Virus record (IMG/VR): IMGVR_UViG_3300021511_000003 | Span: 1-64,000 of that record | Direction: 5' to 3' (one strand) | Length of the DNA: 64,000 bases | Shown: one piece after another, positions 1-8,084 of the stretch | Position numbering within the stretch: position 1 is the stretch's first letter | How the letters are laid out: each line of letters starts with the position of its first letter | Notes under the pieces: generated by a model | Seen by the model: the letters and a program-made list of their open reading frames with translations, nothing else | Told to the model about the DNA's origin: nothing | The model's database searches: none | Translations under genes and position numbers: made by a program

Positions 1-55
1 CATTTCTAGGGCCACCAGATTGATTCGGAGGTCCTTGTCCATTTTGTTTTGGCAT
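1..55 (-). CDS. 5' part of a gene running off the window; Gly/Pro-rich start MPKQNGQGPPNQSGGPRN (resembles DUF5320-type N-termini)
   Basis: Manual translation; ATG at 55-53 preceded by AAAGGA; the frame stays open to the window edge. Confidence 0.4.
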   Translation of the reverse strand, partial: MPKQNGQGPPNQSGGPRN

Positions 56-87
56 AATACATTCCTTTTTGTTATGGGTTAATATAA

Positions 88-280
88 TATCACGAAGATT
101 CGTGACTTAAATTTATATGTGGGCGATACTGTTGCACCATTGTCGCCAGTATTCTAATTCGGGGAAGCTTTATCCCAATCCGGACTCACTAAATAATTTT
201 GGGGTGAGTCATCACTTTCTTGGAACAGGCTCCAGATGACTCGATCCAGAAATCCCCCAAGCATAGCACCCCCAAAACCT
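88..280. ncRNA. Candidate structured intergenic RNA or cis-regulatory leader, family not recognised
   Basis: 77/160 G+C over 121-280 in an AT-rich genome. Complementary pairs: 90-95/100-105, 122-126/143-147, 126-131/147-152, 183-189/204-210, 206-213/235-242, 197-204/270-277. Confidence 0.35.
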
Positions 281-540
281 TAATTACTCATGTAATAAAA
301 CATTGTTATAACGACCGTAATTACAAATATGAATATAAACCAGATTCCGTAGTTATAAGGTACTTGTTGAGTACGTTCACCGTAGACATACTTTACGGCG
401 TTATCAATTGCAATATTTCTGATGTTTTGTTCTCCTAACCTCTGTATTGATACAGGTTTATCTTCTGATGTTAATTTTCCGATAATTATTTCAAGGTTAG
501 GATAATTTTGTCGATGTGTTAATGTCTTTTCTAATTTCAT
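280..540 (-). CDS. Small hypothetical protein with C-terminal transmembrane helix
   Basis: ORF track; GGAG RBS; hydrophobic run IWFIFIFVITVVITMFYY. Confidence 0.7.
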   Translation of the reverse strand: MKLEKTLTHRQNYPNLEIIIGKLTSEDKPVSIQRLGEQNIRNIAIDNAVKYVYGERTQQVPYNYGIWFIFIFVITVVITMFYYMSN

Positions 541-575
541 TAATATATCTCCTTTAAAATAATAAGTATTTGATA

Positions 576-597
576 TTCACTTATTTATATATATAGT
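576..597 (-). promoter_or_regulatory. Motif A (ACTATATATATAAATAAGTGAA), candidate phage promoter
   Basis: Near-identical 22-mers at 7457-7478 (-) and 25071-25092 (+); all three are intergenic. Confidence 0.55.
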
Positions 598-628
598 AAA
601 ATATATATAAATGATATTGTAAATTTTT

Positions 629-642
629 TAGAACAAATTATA
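629..642 (+). promoter_or_regulatory. Motif B (TAGAACAAATTATA), candidate late promoter
   Basis: An AGAACAAA-type core recurs upstream of genes at 1609, 7515, 25037-25050 (-) and 26544-26558 (-). Confidence 0.5.
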
Positions 643-725
643 TGAAACGTCTGCACGATAAATCACCCAACAGACTTTAAATACAAAACGAGGTTTTAGT
701 CTGTAACCTGATAAGGAGAAATATC

Positions 726-1517
726 ATGACTTATAAAGAAAATTTTGTAGTAGAATTAAAATGCAATGGTAAAATTATGCGTGTTAAAGATGGAGTTGTT
801 TATTTACCTTATGGATCTGAATATACGCTTCTTCTCAAAAATCTTAACTCAAGAAAAGCATCAGTCAAGATTCACATTGATGGTCAGGATGTTCTTGATT
901 ATAGCAGTTTAATTCTTGAAGCAAATTCCAGTACTGAACTTAAAGGATTCCTTAATGGTTCCGTTGCTAAAAATCATTTCAAGTTTATTCATAAAACAAG
1001 AAAAATTCAAGAACATAGAGGCGATAAAATTGATGATGGATTAATAAGAGTTGAATTTGCTTTCGAAAAAGTACAACCTAAGATTCTTAAAAGATCTGTT
1101 ATATATGATAATAATAGTTGGTTTGATGCAGATACAACTGTATATAAAACAATTGCTCAACCAATGGTTTCAAATAATGCCAGTAATTTTGTAAAGGGTT
1201 CAATAGATGGAAAAATTAGAGGTATTTCTAATGATTTTCACGTTGATTATTTGGGAATTGAATCTATTGGTCAACCTCTTGATGATGAAGGTATTACTGT
1301 TAAGGGATCTGAATGTAATCAATCATTTAGGTATGGAATGATCGGTGAAACCGAACAATCGAATGTAATAACCATACAATTAAAAGGTATGACCGGATCA
1401 GGTACTCAAGTAAAACAACCCATAACGGTAAATAAAAAACTTGAATGTTATATATGTGGAACAAAATCAAAATCATCATTTAAATATTGTCCTGTTTGTG
1501 GAACATTTTTAGAATAA
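726..1517 (+). CDS. Hypothetical protein with C-terminal zinc ribbon
   Basis: ORF track; AAGGAG RBS; C-terminal CYICG...CPVCG. Confidence 0.75.
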   Translation: MTYKENFVVELKCNGKIMRVKDGVVYLPYGSEYTLLLKNLNSRKASVKIHIDGQDVLDYSSLILEANSSTELKGFLNGSVAKNHFKFIHKTRKIQEHRGDKIDDGLIRVEFAFEKVQPKILKRSVIYDNNSWFDADTTVYKTIAQPMVSNNASNFVKGSIDGKIRGISNDFHVDYLGIESIGQPLDDEGITVKGSECNQSFRYGMIGETEQSNVITIQLKGMTGSGTQVKQPITVNKKLECYICGTKSKSSFKYCPVCGTFLE

Positions 1518-1541
1518 AAATAAATCATGCAGATTTAAAAA

Positions 1542-1576
1542 AAACGATGGTTAATTAATTTTTGTTACCATCGTTT
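1542..1576 (+). terminator. Hairpin AAACGATGGT/ACCATCGTTT after the 726-1517 gene
   Basis: 10-bp perfect inverted repeat; only a short T run follows. Confidence 0.4.
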
Positions 1577-1608
1577 ATATTATTTTAGTTCTAAACCTTC
1601 CATCAACT

Positions 1609-1622
1609 AAGAACAAAATATA
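1609..1622 (+). promoter_or_regulatory. Motif B copy (AAGAACAAAATATA)
   Basis: Matches the other motif B copies; lies ~40 nt upstream of ATG 1660. Confidence 0.5.
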
Positions 1623-1659
1623 AAGTGTGTCCACCATCGTTTTAAAGGAAACTTAAAAT

Positions 1660-2349
1660 ATGGAAAAGAAATTAGAATCAAAAGAAATTCTCATCAAAGA
1701 TATATACGGTGATCATTGTTTAAACGATTCCTTAGGGGGTCCGTCTAGATCTAAAAAAGGAAATCCATCTGGATATGTTGAAATTTATGAGGTGAATGAA
1801 AATAATAATAAAAAATTACTTGGGCGATATAATCTAGTTCTTTATATTGGTCGAGAATGGTTAGCCCAAAGAATATTTAATGTAAATAATATAAATATTA
1901 CATCAACCAGAGAAGAGTTTATCAGTTGGTTTGGATTAGGAAATGGTGGTGTCATTCCAGGTGACCCATTAAATCCATCCCCTCCAACATTAGATGATGA
2001 AGGTCTATCTTCTGAAGTTATGATATCCCCTTCTGATTCATCAGCTGCGGACTATCATGTAGTGGATGTAGATCATCCAGAAGAAGGTTATTATAAAATA
2101 CCGTTTGATTCAGTTATATTTGAATCTGATGCTCTTAATAATGATAGATGGTTGGTAATAAATGTTACTACTACTGTCGGTGCTAGTTATGCAAACGACA
2201 AACAGTTAAGTGAAGCAGGTTTATTTTCTGCAGCAAGTTCTGTCGGAGGATATACCGGAAATTTTACAATTTTTTCAAGAGTTACATTCCCATCAATTGT
2301 TAAAACAACTGATAGAAGATTAATATTTTCATGGTTCATATATGTATAA
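1660..2349 (+). CDS. Putative virion/baseplate structural protein
   Basis: Directly upstream of the tail sheath gene; beta-rich, with LSEAGLF and FSRVTFP segments typical of phage tail-associated proteins. Confidence 0.5.
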   Translation: MEKKLESKEILIKDIYGDHCLNDSLGGPSRSKKGNPSGYVEIYEVNENNNKKLLGRYNLVLYIGREWLAQRIFNVNNINITSTREEFISWFGLGNGGVIPGDPLNPSPPTLDDEGLSSEVMISPSDSSAADYHVVDVDHPEEGYYKIPFDSVIFESDALNNDRWLVINVTTTVGASYANDKQLSEAGLFSAASSVGGYTGNFTIFSRVTFPSIVKTTDRRLIFSWFIYV

Positions 2350-2437
2350 AAATTATAGACCTGGAGAGAAAGGAAGATAAAAAAATAGAAAAATAAATAA
2401 ACATTAGAGAAATTAATTTATTTAGGAGGAAACTAAC

Positions 2438-4390
2438 ATGGCTGCTAATGTTTCGCCAGGAGTTTTTAGTAAAATTATAGACCTTTCTCAATTCGTTCAA
2501 GCAGTACCATCAACAATTGGATTTATTGCTGCCCTTACTGAAAAAGGTGAGGATAATGTATTAAAATTTATCGGTTCAAGATCTGATTATATCAGCGAGT
2601 TTGGTGAACCAAATATTTCTACTTATGGAAAACAATATGGGCAAGGACCATATTGTGCATATAATTATTTGGGAGAATCAGGTGCTTTATATTTCATGAG
2701 ATGCCTGCCTGATAATGCAACATTTTCAAATATTAGAATTGATACAACAGTTGGAGCAGGTGACTCAACCGCTGGGTATCAAATTACATTTGTGGAAGGA
2801 ATGAATTCACAATCTGAACTTAAAAGCAATTTACAGCAAGATGGAACTACATATCCAATTTGTTTCTTATATCCAATTGGAAGAGGTCAGTGGTATAATA
2901 AATTAGGTGTAAGAATCACAGAGGTATCTAATCCAACTATTTGGGAGCAATATATCTTAGATATCTATGAAAAACAATCTGATGGGCAAGATGCAATTAT
3001 TGAATCATTTGGTATTTCATTTGAACAAAATGCTAAAGACACAGGTGGAGAATCTATTTGGATTGTTGATGTTTTGAACACATATTCATCTGTATTAAGA
3101 GCTGAAATGTATGTCGATGAAAATCTAGATATTAAATCAGCTGGTTATAATGAAAATATCAAATTTTATGATAAAGATATTGATACAAATGTTAGAGTTA
3201 CCTTAACACCTGGCTCAGCAGATATCACAGATATTAAACAAGATTTTTCAGATTGGGAAGGTTCCGCATCAGGTAATTTTGTTATTATTGCTAAAGATGG
3301 TAAAGGTAATGAAATTTGGGGTTGGTTAGGAACTGCCGGTGGCGTTGATGATGAAGTTATTACAGTATTTTCAGAAGTGTCACTATCAACACAATCATGG
3401 AATGGTTCTATATCAGAATTTGATGATGGAAGTACCATTGAATATCGTATTAAGAAATCATATGGTTCCGTAGTAGGTGCATTTGCATCAGCCAACCCTG
3501 TTCCATTAAGAAAGGGTGGAGATGGTGATTTGTTACAAGCTGATGGTTCATTAGATACAGTAGAAGCTACAACTTTATTGAACCAAGCCTATAATGGTAT
3601 TATTGATGATAATGTTCTCGATAATGAAAATATTTATTTTTCAATGGTATTTGATTGTGGTTATCCAGCGGATGTAAAATCAGCTATCAGTACATTATGT
3701 CAAACAAGACGTGACTGTGTTGGTATTTTAGATAATGGTGATAATTCATCTGCTAATTTAGCACTTACTGCAAGAAATAATGTTAATACTTTTAATAATT
3801 ATTTTGTTGCTCTTTATGAATCATATAATAAAGTATTTGATCCATTCACAGGTCAAGACGTTTGGTTTTCACCTATTTATCATATGTCTTATATTTTGCC
3901 AAGAAATGATACTGTTGCTGAACTTTGGTATGCAGCAGCAGGTTTCAATAGAGCAGCAATTGATACTATTAAAGAACAACGTTATAATCCAAGACTTGGT
4001 CAAAGAGATCAACTGTACTTAAAACAATTAAATCCAATTGTAAAATTTAATCCGGGTTATGTTGTTTGGGGCCAGTTAACCTCTCAAGCTAAAGCTAGTG
4101 CTCTTCAAGATCTTAATATTGTTCGACTTGTTTTATATATCAAGAGAGCGTTTGAAGACTTCTGTAGATTTTTCATCTTTGAGCAAAATGATGCAATCAC
4201 TTGGTCATTAGTATCAGGTAAATTGGTTGACTTTCTCGAAGTAATCAGAAAGAAACGTGGTCTTGTAAATTATACAATAGATGTTGGAGCTACAGAGTAC
4301 GAACAACGTACTAAGAGATTCCATGTCAATGTAACATTAGAACCTACAAGAACTGTTGAACAAATTGAATTGAACTTCTTTATAATATAA
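2438..4390 (+). CDS. Contractile tail sheath protein (T4 gp18-like)
   Basis: N-terminal SPGVFSKIIDLS; C-terminal WYAAAGFNRA, LNIVRLVLYIKR, FIFEQND, LEPTRTVEQI. Confidence 0.93.
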   Translation: MAANVSPGVFSKIIDLSQFVQAVPSTIGFIAALTEKGEDNVLKFIGSRSDYISEFGEPNISTYGKQYGQGPYCAYNYLGESGALYFMRCLPDNATFSNIRIDTTVGAGDSTAGYQITFVEGMNSQSELKSNLQQDGTTYPICFLYPIGRGQWYNKLGVRITEVSNPTIWEQYILDIYEKQSDGQDAIIESFGISFEQNAKDTGGESIWIVDVLNTYSSVLRAEMYVDENLDIKSAGYNENIKFYDKDIDTNVRVTLTPGSADITDIKQDFSDWEGSASGNFVIIAKDGKGNEIWGWLGTAGGVDDEVITVFSEVSLSTQSWNGSISEFDDGSTIEYRIKKSYGSVVGAFASANPVPLRKGGDGDLLQADGSLDTVEATTLLNQAYNGIIDDNVLDNENIYFSMVFDCGYPADVKSAISTLCQTRRDCVGILDNGDNSSANLALTARNNVNTFNNYFVALYESYNKVFDPFTGQDVWFSPIYHMSYILPRNDTVAELWYAAAGFNRAAIDTIKEQRYNPRLGQRDQLYLKQLNPIVKFNPGYVVWGQLTSQAKASALQDLNIVRLVLYIKRAFEDFCRFFIFEQNDAITWSLVSGKLVDFLEVIRKKRGLVNYTIDVGATEYEQRTKRFHVNVTLEPTRTVEQIELNFFII

Positions 4391-4397
4391 GTAGAAT

Positions 4398-4435
4398 AAG
4401 GAGCCGCACACATTAAGTGAGTGGCTCCTTTTTTT
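4398..4435 (+). terminator. Intrinsic terminator after the sheath gene (between convergent genes)
   Basis: AAGGAGCC...GGCTCCTT stem followed by a T tract. Confidence 0.8.
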
Positions 4436-4447
4436 CGTTGGAATATT

Positions 4448-4942
4448 TTATGGAGATAGTGGTTTACCCAATGGTACAACTGATAACGAATGTTTTAATG
4501 ATCCATCTAAAATTTTAGTTGTGTAAACCAAATATACTAACATATTCATTTTTTTATCATAGAATCTAGCAATTTTCATTACCTTTGATCCAATGGATTT
4601 ACTGATGTGAGTAATGTTTGTTCTTGTTGTTTTATCAACTACCATTTTTCCATTTTTAATGGGGATTTCCCCTGTAAGTCTTGCTGCAATTGCTGTGTTA
4701 CTGGGGTCTGCTATTGCGAACATTCGACCAGATTTGATTGTTGTGAAAACAATTGAAATGAATGGATTATCAGGATCTTGAACCCTAATTATTTTTATTT
4801 TATCCCCACCTTGAATTAATCGTTTAACACATTCAACTTCACCAATTTGAACAATTGCATCATTTCCTGCAAACGATTTATTTACACCAATCATACCAAT
4901 CATAACAAGCACTATACATGTGAGTTTTACATTTTTACTCAT
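4448..4942 (-). CDS. creA: CreA family protein (exported)
   Basis: Signal-peptide-like N-terminus; DKIKIIRVQDPD, ADPSNTAIA, ARFYDKKMNMLVYLVY, DGSLKHSLSVVP parallel CreA as I recall it. Confidence 0.7.
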   Translation of the reverse strand: MSKNVKLTCIVLVMIGMIGVNKSFAGNDAIVQIGEVECVKRLIQGGDKIKIIRVQDPDNPFISIVFTTIKSGRMFAIADPSNTAIAARLTGEIPIKNGKMVVDKTTRTNITHISKSIGSKVMKIARFYDKKMNMLVYLVYTTKILDGSLKHSLSVVPLGKPLSP

Positions 4943-4950
4943 AATTTTCC

Positions 4951-5502
4951 CTAATCAATTTTAAATTCATTTTTATTAACTTCTATTTGAAATTTATATA
5001 TATCATTCATAGCATCCCATGATTCATCAATAATTTTATTATTTAATAGTGGTACTATATTAATGATGAGAAAACTAATTGCATGTTGCTCTTGTATATA
5101 TCCGGATTTATCATTCTCGTATCTTTTTGAAAGTTGTTTATATTCAATGTTGGACCTTCTTAGAGGATTATAAATATTTTTTATAATAAGATTCAATTCA
5201 CTTATTAATTGAAGAAAGAATAAACATGTATTTGAATTTATATTTGGATTGTTCATAGAACTAAATAATGCTGAGTTGGCAACTCCATCTGAAATAATTG
5301 ATAGCTGCTTTAAATTAATGTCTTTCAATTCAAATAATCCAATATGTTCTCTCATAGATAAATGACTTTGAATATCAAAATCTGGAGGGATAGCTACAAA
5401 TTCTGCTAAAACATAATTATCTATAGTACTTTGATCGATCATCTCATGAGAATTATCGATAGGTAGACTATCACGGTTTTTACTGGTCGGTTTTATAATC
5501 AT
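4951..5502 (-). CDS. Hypothetical protein
   Basis: Start moved from 5628 to the ATG at 5502 to avoid a 113-nt overlap with the upstream gene. Confidence 0.5.
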   Translation of the reverse strand: MIIKPTSKNRDSLPIDNSHEMIDQSTIDNYVLAEFVAIPPDFDIQSHLSMREHIGLFELKDINLKQLSIISDGVANSALFSSMNNPNINSNTCLFFLQLISELNLIIKNIYNPLRRSNIEYKQLSKRYENDKSGYIQEQHAISFLIINIVPLLNNKIIDESWDAMNDIYKFQIEVNKNEFKID

Positions 5503-5515
5503 TTCATCTTTATAA

Positions 5516-6016
5516 TTAATGTTGACTGACTTTGATATATGGGAGTCCACCCCAGTCGTTGTCGTGTTCGAGGTCAGAAAAGAATTCACCATCTTCATCA
5601 CCGTATTGAAAAAAGTATATATATCCATTATTCTCCTCTAGTAATTTTTTGCCTTTATTTAAAGCATCATTTTTTTGTATCATATCTATTTCATCATCAC
5701 ATTGTTTTTGCCATGCTTGATTATGCCATAAGTCCCTTTCTGTTATTCCTTCTCGCTTACAAAAAGTTTTAGAGTGGTCCCATGATGAAATAATTCCATC
5801 AACCCAACCTGAACACAGAACTTCAATAATTTGTGGCAAAGCTTCTGGTCCAGCTTTTAATGGTTTTTGTTTGATGCCATCGGTAAATATTTGTTTTTGA
5901 AAATCAGGTCTACTTATATAACGAGATACATTTTTTTCATTTTCAATCTTACATGGCCAAATAACAATGAATGAAGAAGAACTTGAGTTAGTTACAAAAT
6001 CACTTTTTATTTTCAT
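5516..6016 (-). CDS. TNSSS-motif protein 1 (N-terminus MKIKSDFVTNSSSSSF)
   Basis: ORF track; motif shared with 47769-48149 and 51663-51944; 1 nt downstream of a radical SAM gene. Confidence 0.8.
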   Translation of the reverse strand: MKIKSDFVTNSSSSSFIVIWPCKIENEKNVSRYISRPDFQKQIFTDGIKQKPLKAGPEALPQIIEVLCSGWVDGIISSWDHSKTFCKREGITERDLWHNQAWQKQCDDEIDMIQKNDALNKGKKLLEENNGYIYFFQYGDEDGEFFSDLEHDNDWGGLPYIKVSQH

Positions 6017-6017
6017 T

Positions 6018-7016
6018 TTATAATCCTAGTGGGCATGAGTATCTATTATTGTTTAATGATTCTCTAAATAGTTGAAATGGGGATGTATTATTCCAGATAT
6101 ATTCAATGTCGTGATCGTTTGTTATGGGAACTGACCACAAATTCTTATCTGCAAAACTACATGGCATAAGTCGCATATCTGGAGTTATATATGCTGACAT
6201 TCGTGCCGCTTCACAGGAATCAATTGACATTTGTTGTAGTTTATTTGGAGTAACATATTTTAAAACATGATTTACTAAACAGCTATCCATTCCAATTTTA
6301 AATTTACTTTGTGGTTTGAAAACAACTTCTGAAAATTTTTTCAATTGGTGGGGTTCGGGTACCCAATCAAGGTTTACACCTGCACCTGCTGGTTTGAATA
6401 ATAGAAATATAACAGCATTTAATTTATCAATATCAACCAAACTCGATTCACCTTCTTGCCAAGGGTTTTCTCCAGATAATATTTGTACTGCCATATTATA
6501 TGATTCTTTTGAAAAAATTGTATGGATGTTAGTTTTAACTCCAGCATTCAATAATTTTTCAATGGCATTATATGTATACTCTTTACAATAATTACTAATT
6601 GCAACCGCTCCACACACTTTTGATATTTCAATATGTTTATCTGTTAACCCAATACCACTTGTTGTATAGTTTGGTGTAACCCCATTATCTTTGGCATATG
6701 TCACAATTTTCTCAAATTCTTCATGCTGATTAGGATCACCTCTACCACCCAAAGCAACTTGGTTTGTGTGATGTTTAGTTTGATCTATTATTATTTTGAA
6801 ATTATCAAATGACATGTTTGGTTCATTGATATGACCTTGATAACAAAATTTACATTTGTTTTTACAATGACCCATAATTCCAACGTCAATTAATGAGGGA
6901 AGATATAATGAAAAAGGATCTTCTTTTCCAGTTGTTCCTCTTAGTACTTCAACACCGGTTGCAGTGCTAAAAAATAATTCATAGTCATTATTTTTAAAAA
7001 ATTTATTGAATATCAT
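6018..7016 (-). CDS. Radical SAM enzyme with SPASM/twitch-like C-terminus
   Basis: CKNKCKFC (CxxxCxxC); GGRGDP; C-terminal SCEAA...ITPDMRLMPCSF. Confidence 0.9.
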   Translation of the reverse strand: MIFNKFFKNNDYELFFSTATGVEVLRGTTGKEDPFSLYLPSLIDVGIMGHCKNKCKFCYQGHINEPNMSFDNFKIIIDQTKHHTNQVALGGRGDPNQHEEFEKIVTYAKDNGVTPNYTTSGIGLTDKHIEISKVCGAVAISNYCKEYTYNAIEKLLNAGVKTNIHTIFSKESYNMAVQILSGENPWQEGESSLVDIDKLNAVIFLLFKPAGAGVNLDWVPEPHQLKKFSEVVFKPQSKFKIGMDSCLVNHVLKYVTPNKLQQMSIDSCEAARMSAYITPDMRLMPCSFADKNLWSVPITNDHDIEYIWNNTSPFQLFRESLNNNRYSCPLGL

Positions 7017-7420
7017 AATTTTTTCATGCCGATTTCGTTGTTTGGCTTTTCTTTCTCAATGGGTTTAATTTTTTCCACCACTTCGTCTTCAATGGTTTCT
7101 TTTTCAATAGGTTTTTTTTCTTCTTTGATATCTTGTGTCTTGTCATTTCTCTCCTCGCCCTTTATTTTAATTTCATGTACAACAATGTCTACACCATCTT
7201 TTATAATATTAATACCATCCTTCATAATTACTTTTGTTTTTTTACCAAGTTCTTTAAATTTTATTTCTAAAGATGACCTCCCTGTTGTAACCTTTTGGTT
7301 AACTTCTGTTTTAACTTGGTTGATTTTTTTTTCATCGTCATGGTCATTTATTACAATGTAGCTTATGATAACAACAATAATAATTGGCCAACTAACAATA
7401 AATCTAATTATTTTACTCAT
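7013..7420 (-). CDS. Membrane-anchored hypothetical protein, Lys/Glu-rich
   Basis: N-terminal hydrophobic helix; charged tail ending GMKKL. Confidence 0.7.
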   Translation of the reverse strand: MSKIIRFIVSWPIIIVVIISYIVINDHDDEKKINQVKTEVNQKVTTGRSSLEIKFKELGKKTKVIMKDGINIIKDGVDIVVHEIKIKGEERNDKTQDIKEEKKPIEKETIEDEVVEKIKPIEKEKPNNEIGMKKL

Positions 7421-7456
7421 ATTTTCTCCTTTTAAAAAATTAAAGTTAATTATTGT

Positions 7457-7478
7457 TTCATTTATTAATATATATAGT
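7457..7478 (-). promoter_or_regulatory. Motif A copy (ACTATATATATTAATAAATGAA)
   Basis: 20/22 identical to 576-597; upstream of the leftward accessory operon. Confidence 0.55.
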
Positions 7479-7514
7479 TATTGATTTAATTTATGAACAA
7501 TGTCCCACACAGTT

Positions 7515-7528
7515 TAGAACAAAATATA
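7515..7528 (+). promoter_or_regulatory. Motif B copy (TAGAACAAAATATA)
   Basis: Upstream of the HAD/tail tube operon. Confidence 0.5.
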
Positions 7529-7570
7529 AAATTGTTCGCCGGTACTATATAAAAATTATGGAAACTAATT

Positions 7571-8065
7571 ATGAAAAAAGTCAAAGATAATGAGGCGGTT
7601 GGAGGGTTTGCTATCGACTCGTTTCCACGAAAAAAGAAACAGAAAGATAATAGAGTTGTATACCCAGAAATTAAATCTGAACCGATATTTAAAAGAGCTA
7701 TGATTGATCTTGATGGTACTATTCATAGATATTCTCAGGGTTATAAAAATGGTGAAATCTATGATGATGCGTTTGATGGAGCTAAAGAGGTCATAGAATG
7801 GTTAAAACAAAATGGGTACGAGATAGTCATATTCACTACTCGAGCATCAAAACAAAATGCTAAAGAATTTGGTGGTAATGATCAAGAACAAATTAAAAAT
7901 GTGGGTAAATGGTTAACTGATAAAGGTATTTATTTTGATAAAATTACTGCTGAAAAACTTGCAGCGGATTTTTATATCGACGACAAAGCCATCAGTATTT
8001 CGAATGGTAATTGGAAAGCAGTTTTAAATGTAATAAAAAAACGTATAAAGTACAAAGTTGTATAA
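7571..8065 (+). CDS. HAD-superfamily phosphatase (capless, nucleotidase/PNK-phosphatase-like)
   Basis: DLDGT motif I, FTTR motif II, KLAADFYIDDK motifs III/IV. Confidence 0.8.
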   Translation: MKKVKDNEAVGGFAIDSFPRKKKQKDNRVVYPEIKSEPIFKRAMIDLDGTIHRYSQGYKNGEIYDDAFDGAKEVIEWLKQNGYEIVIFTTRASKQNAKEFGGNDQEQIKNVGKWLTDKGIYFDKITAEKLAADFYIDDKAISISNGNWKAVLNVIKKRIKYKVV

Positions 8066-8084
8066 CAACTAGGAGGATACTAAA

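Noticed and set aside
5503-5628. Extended N-terminus of the 4951-5628 ORF
   Set aside because: It overlaps the TNSSS-1 gene by 113 nt; the ATG at 5502 fits better.
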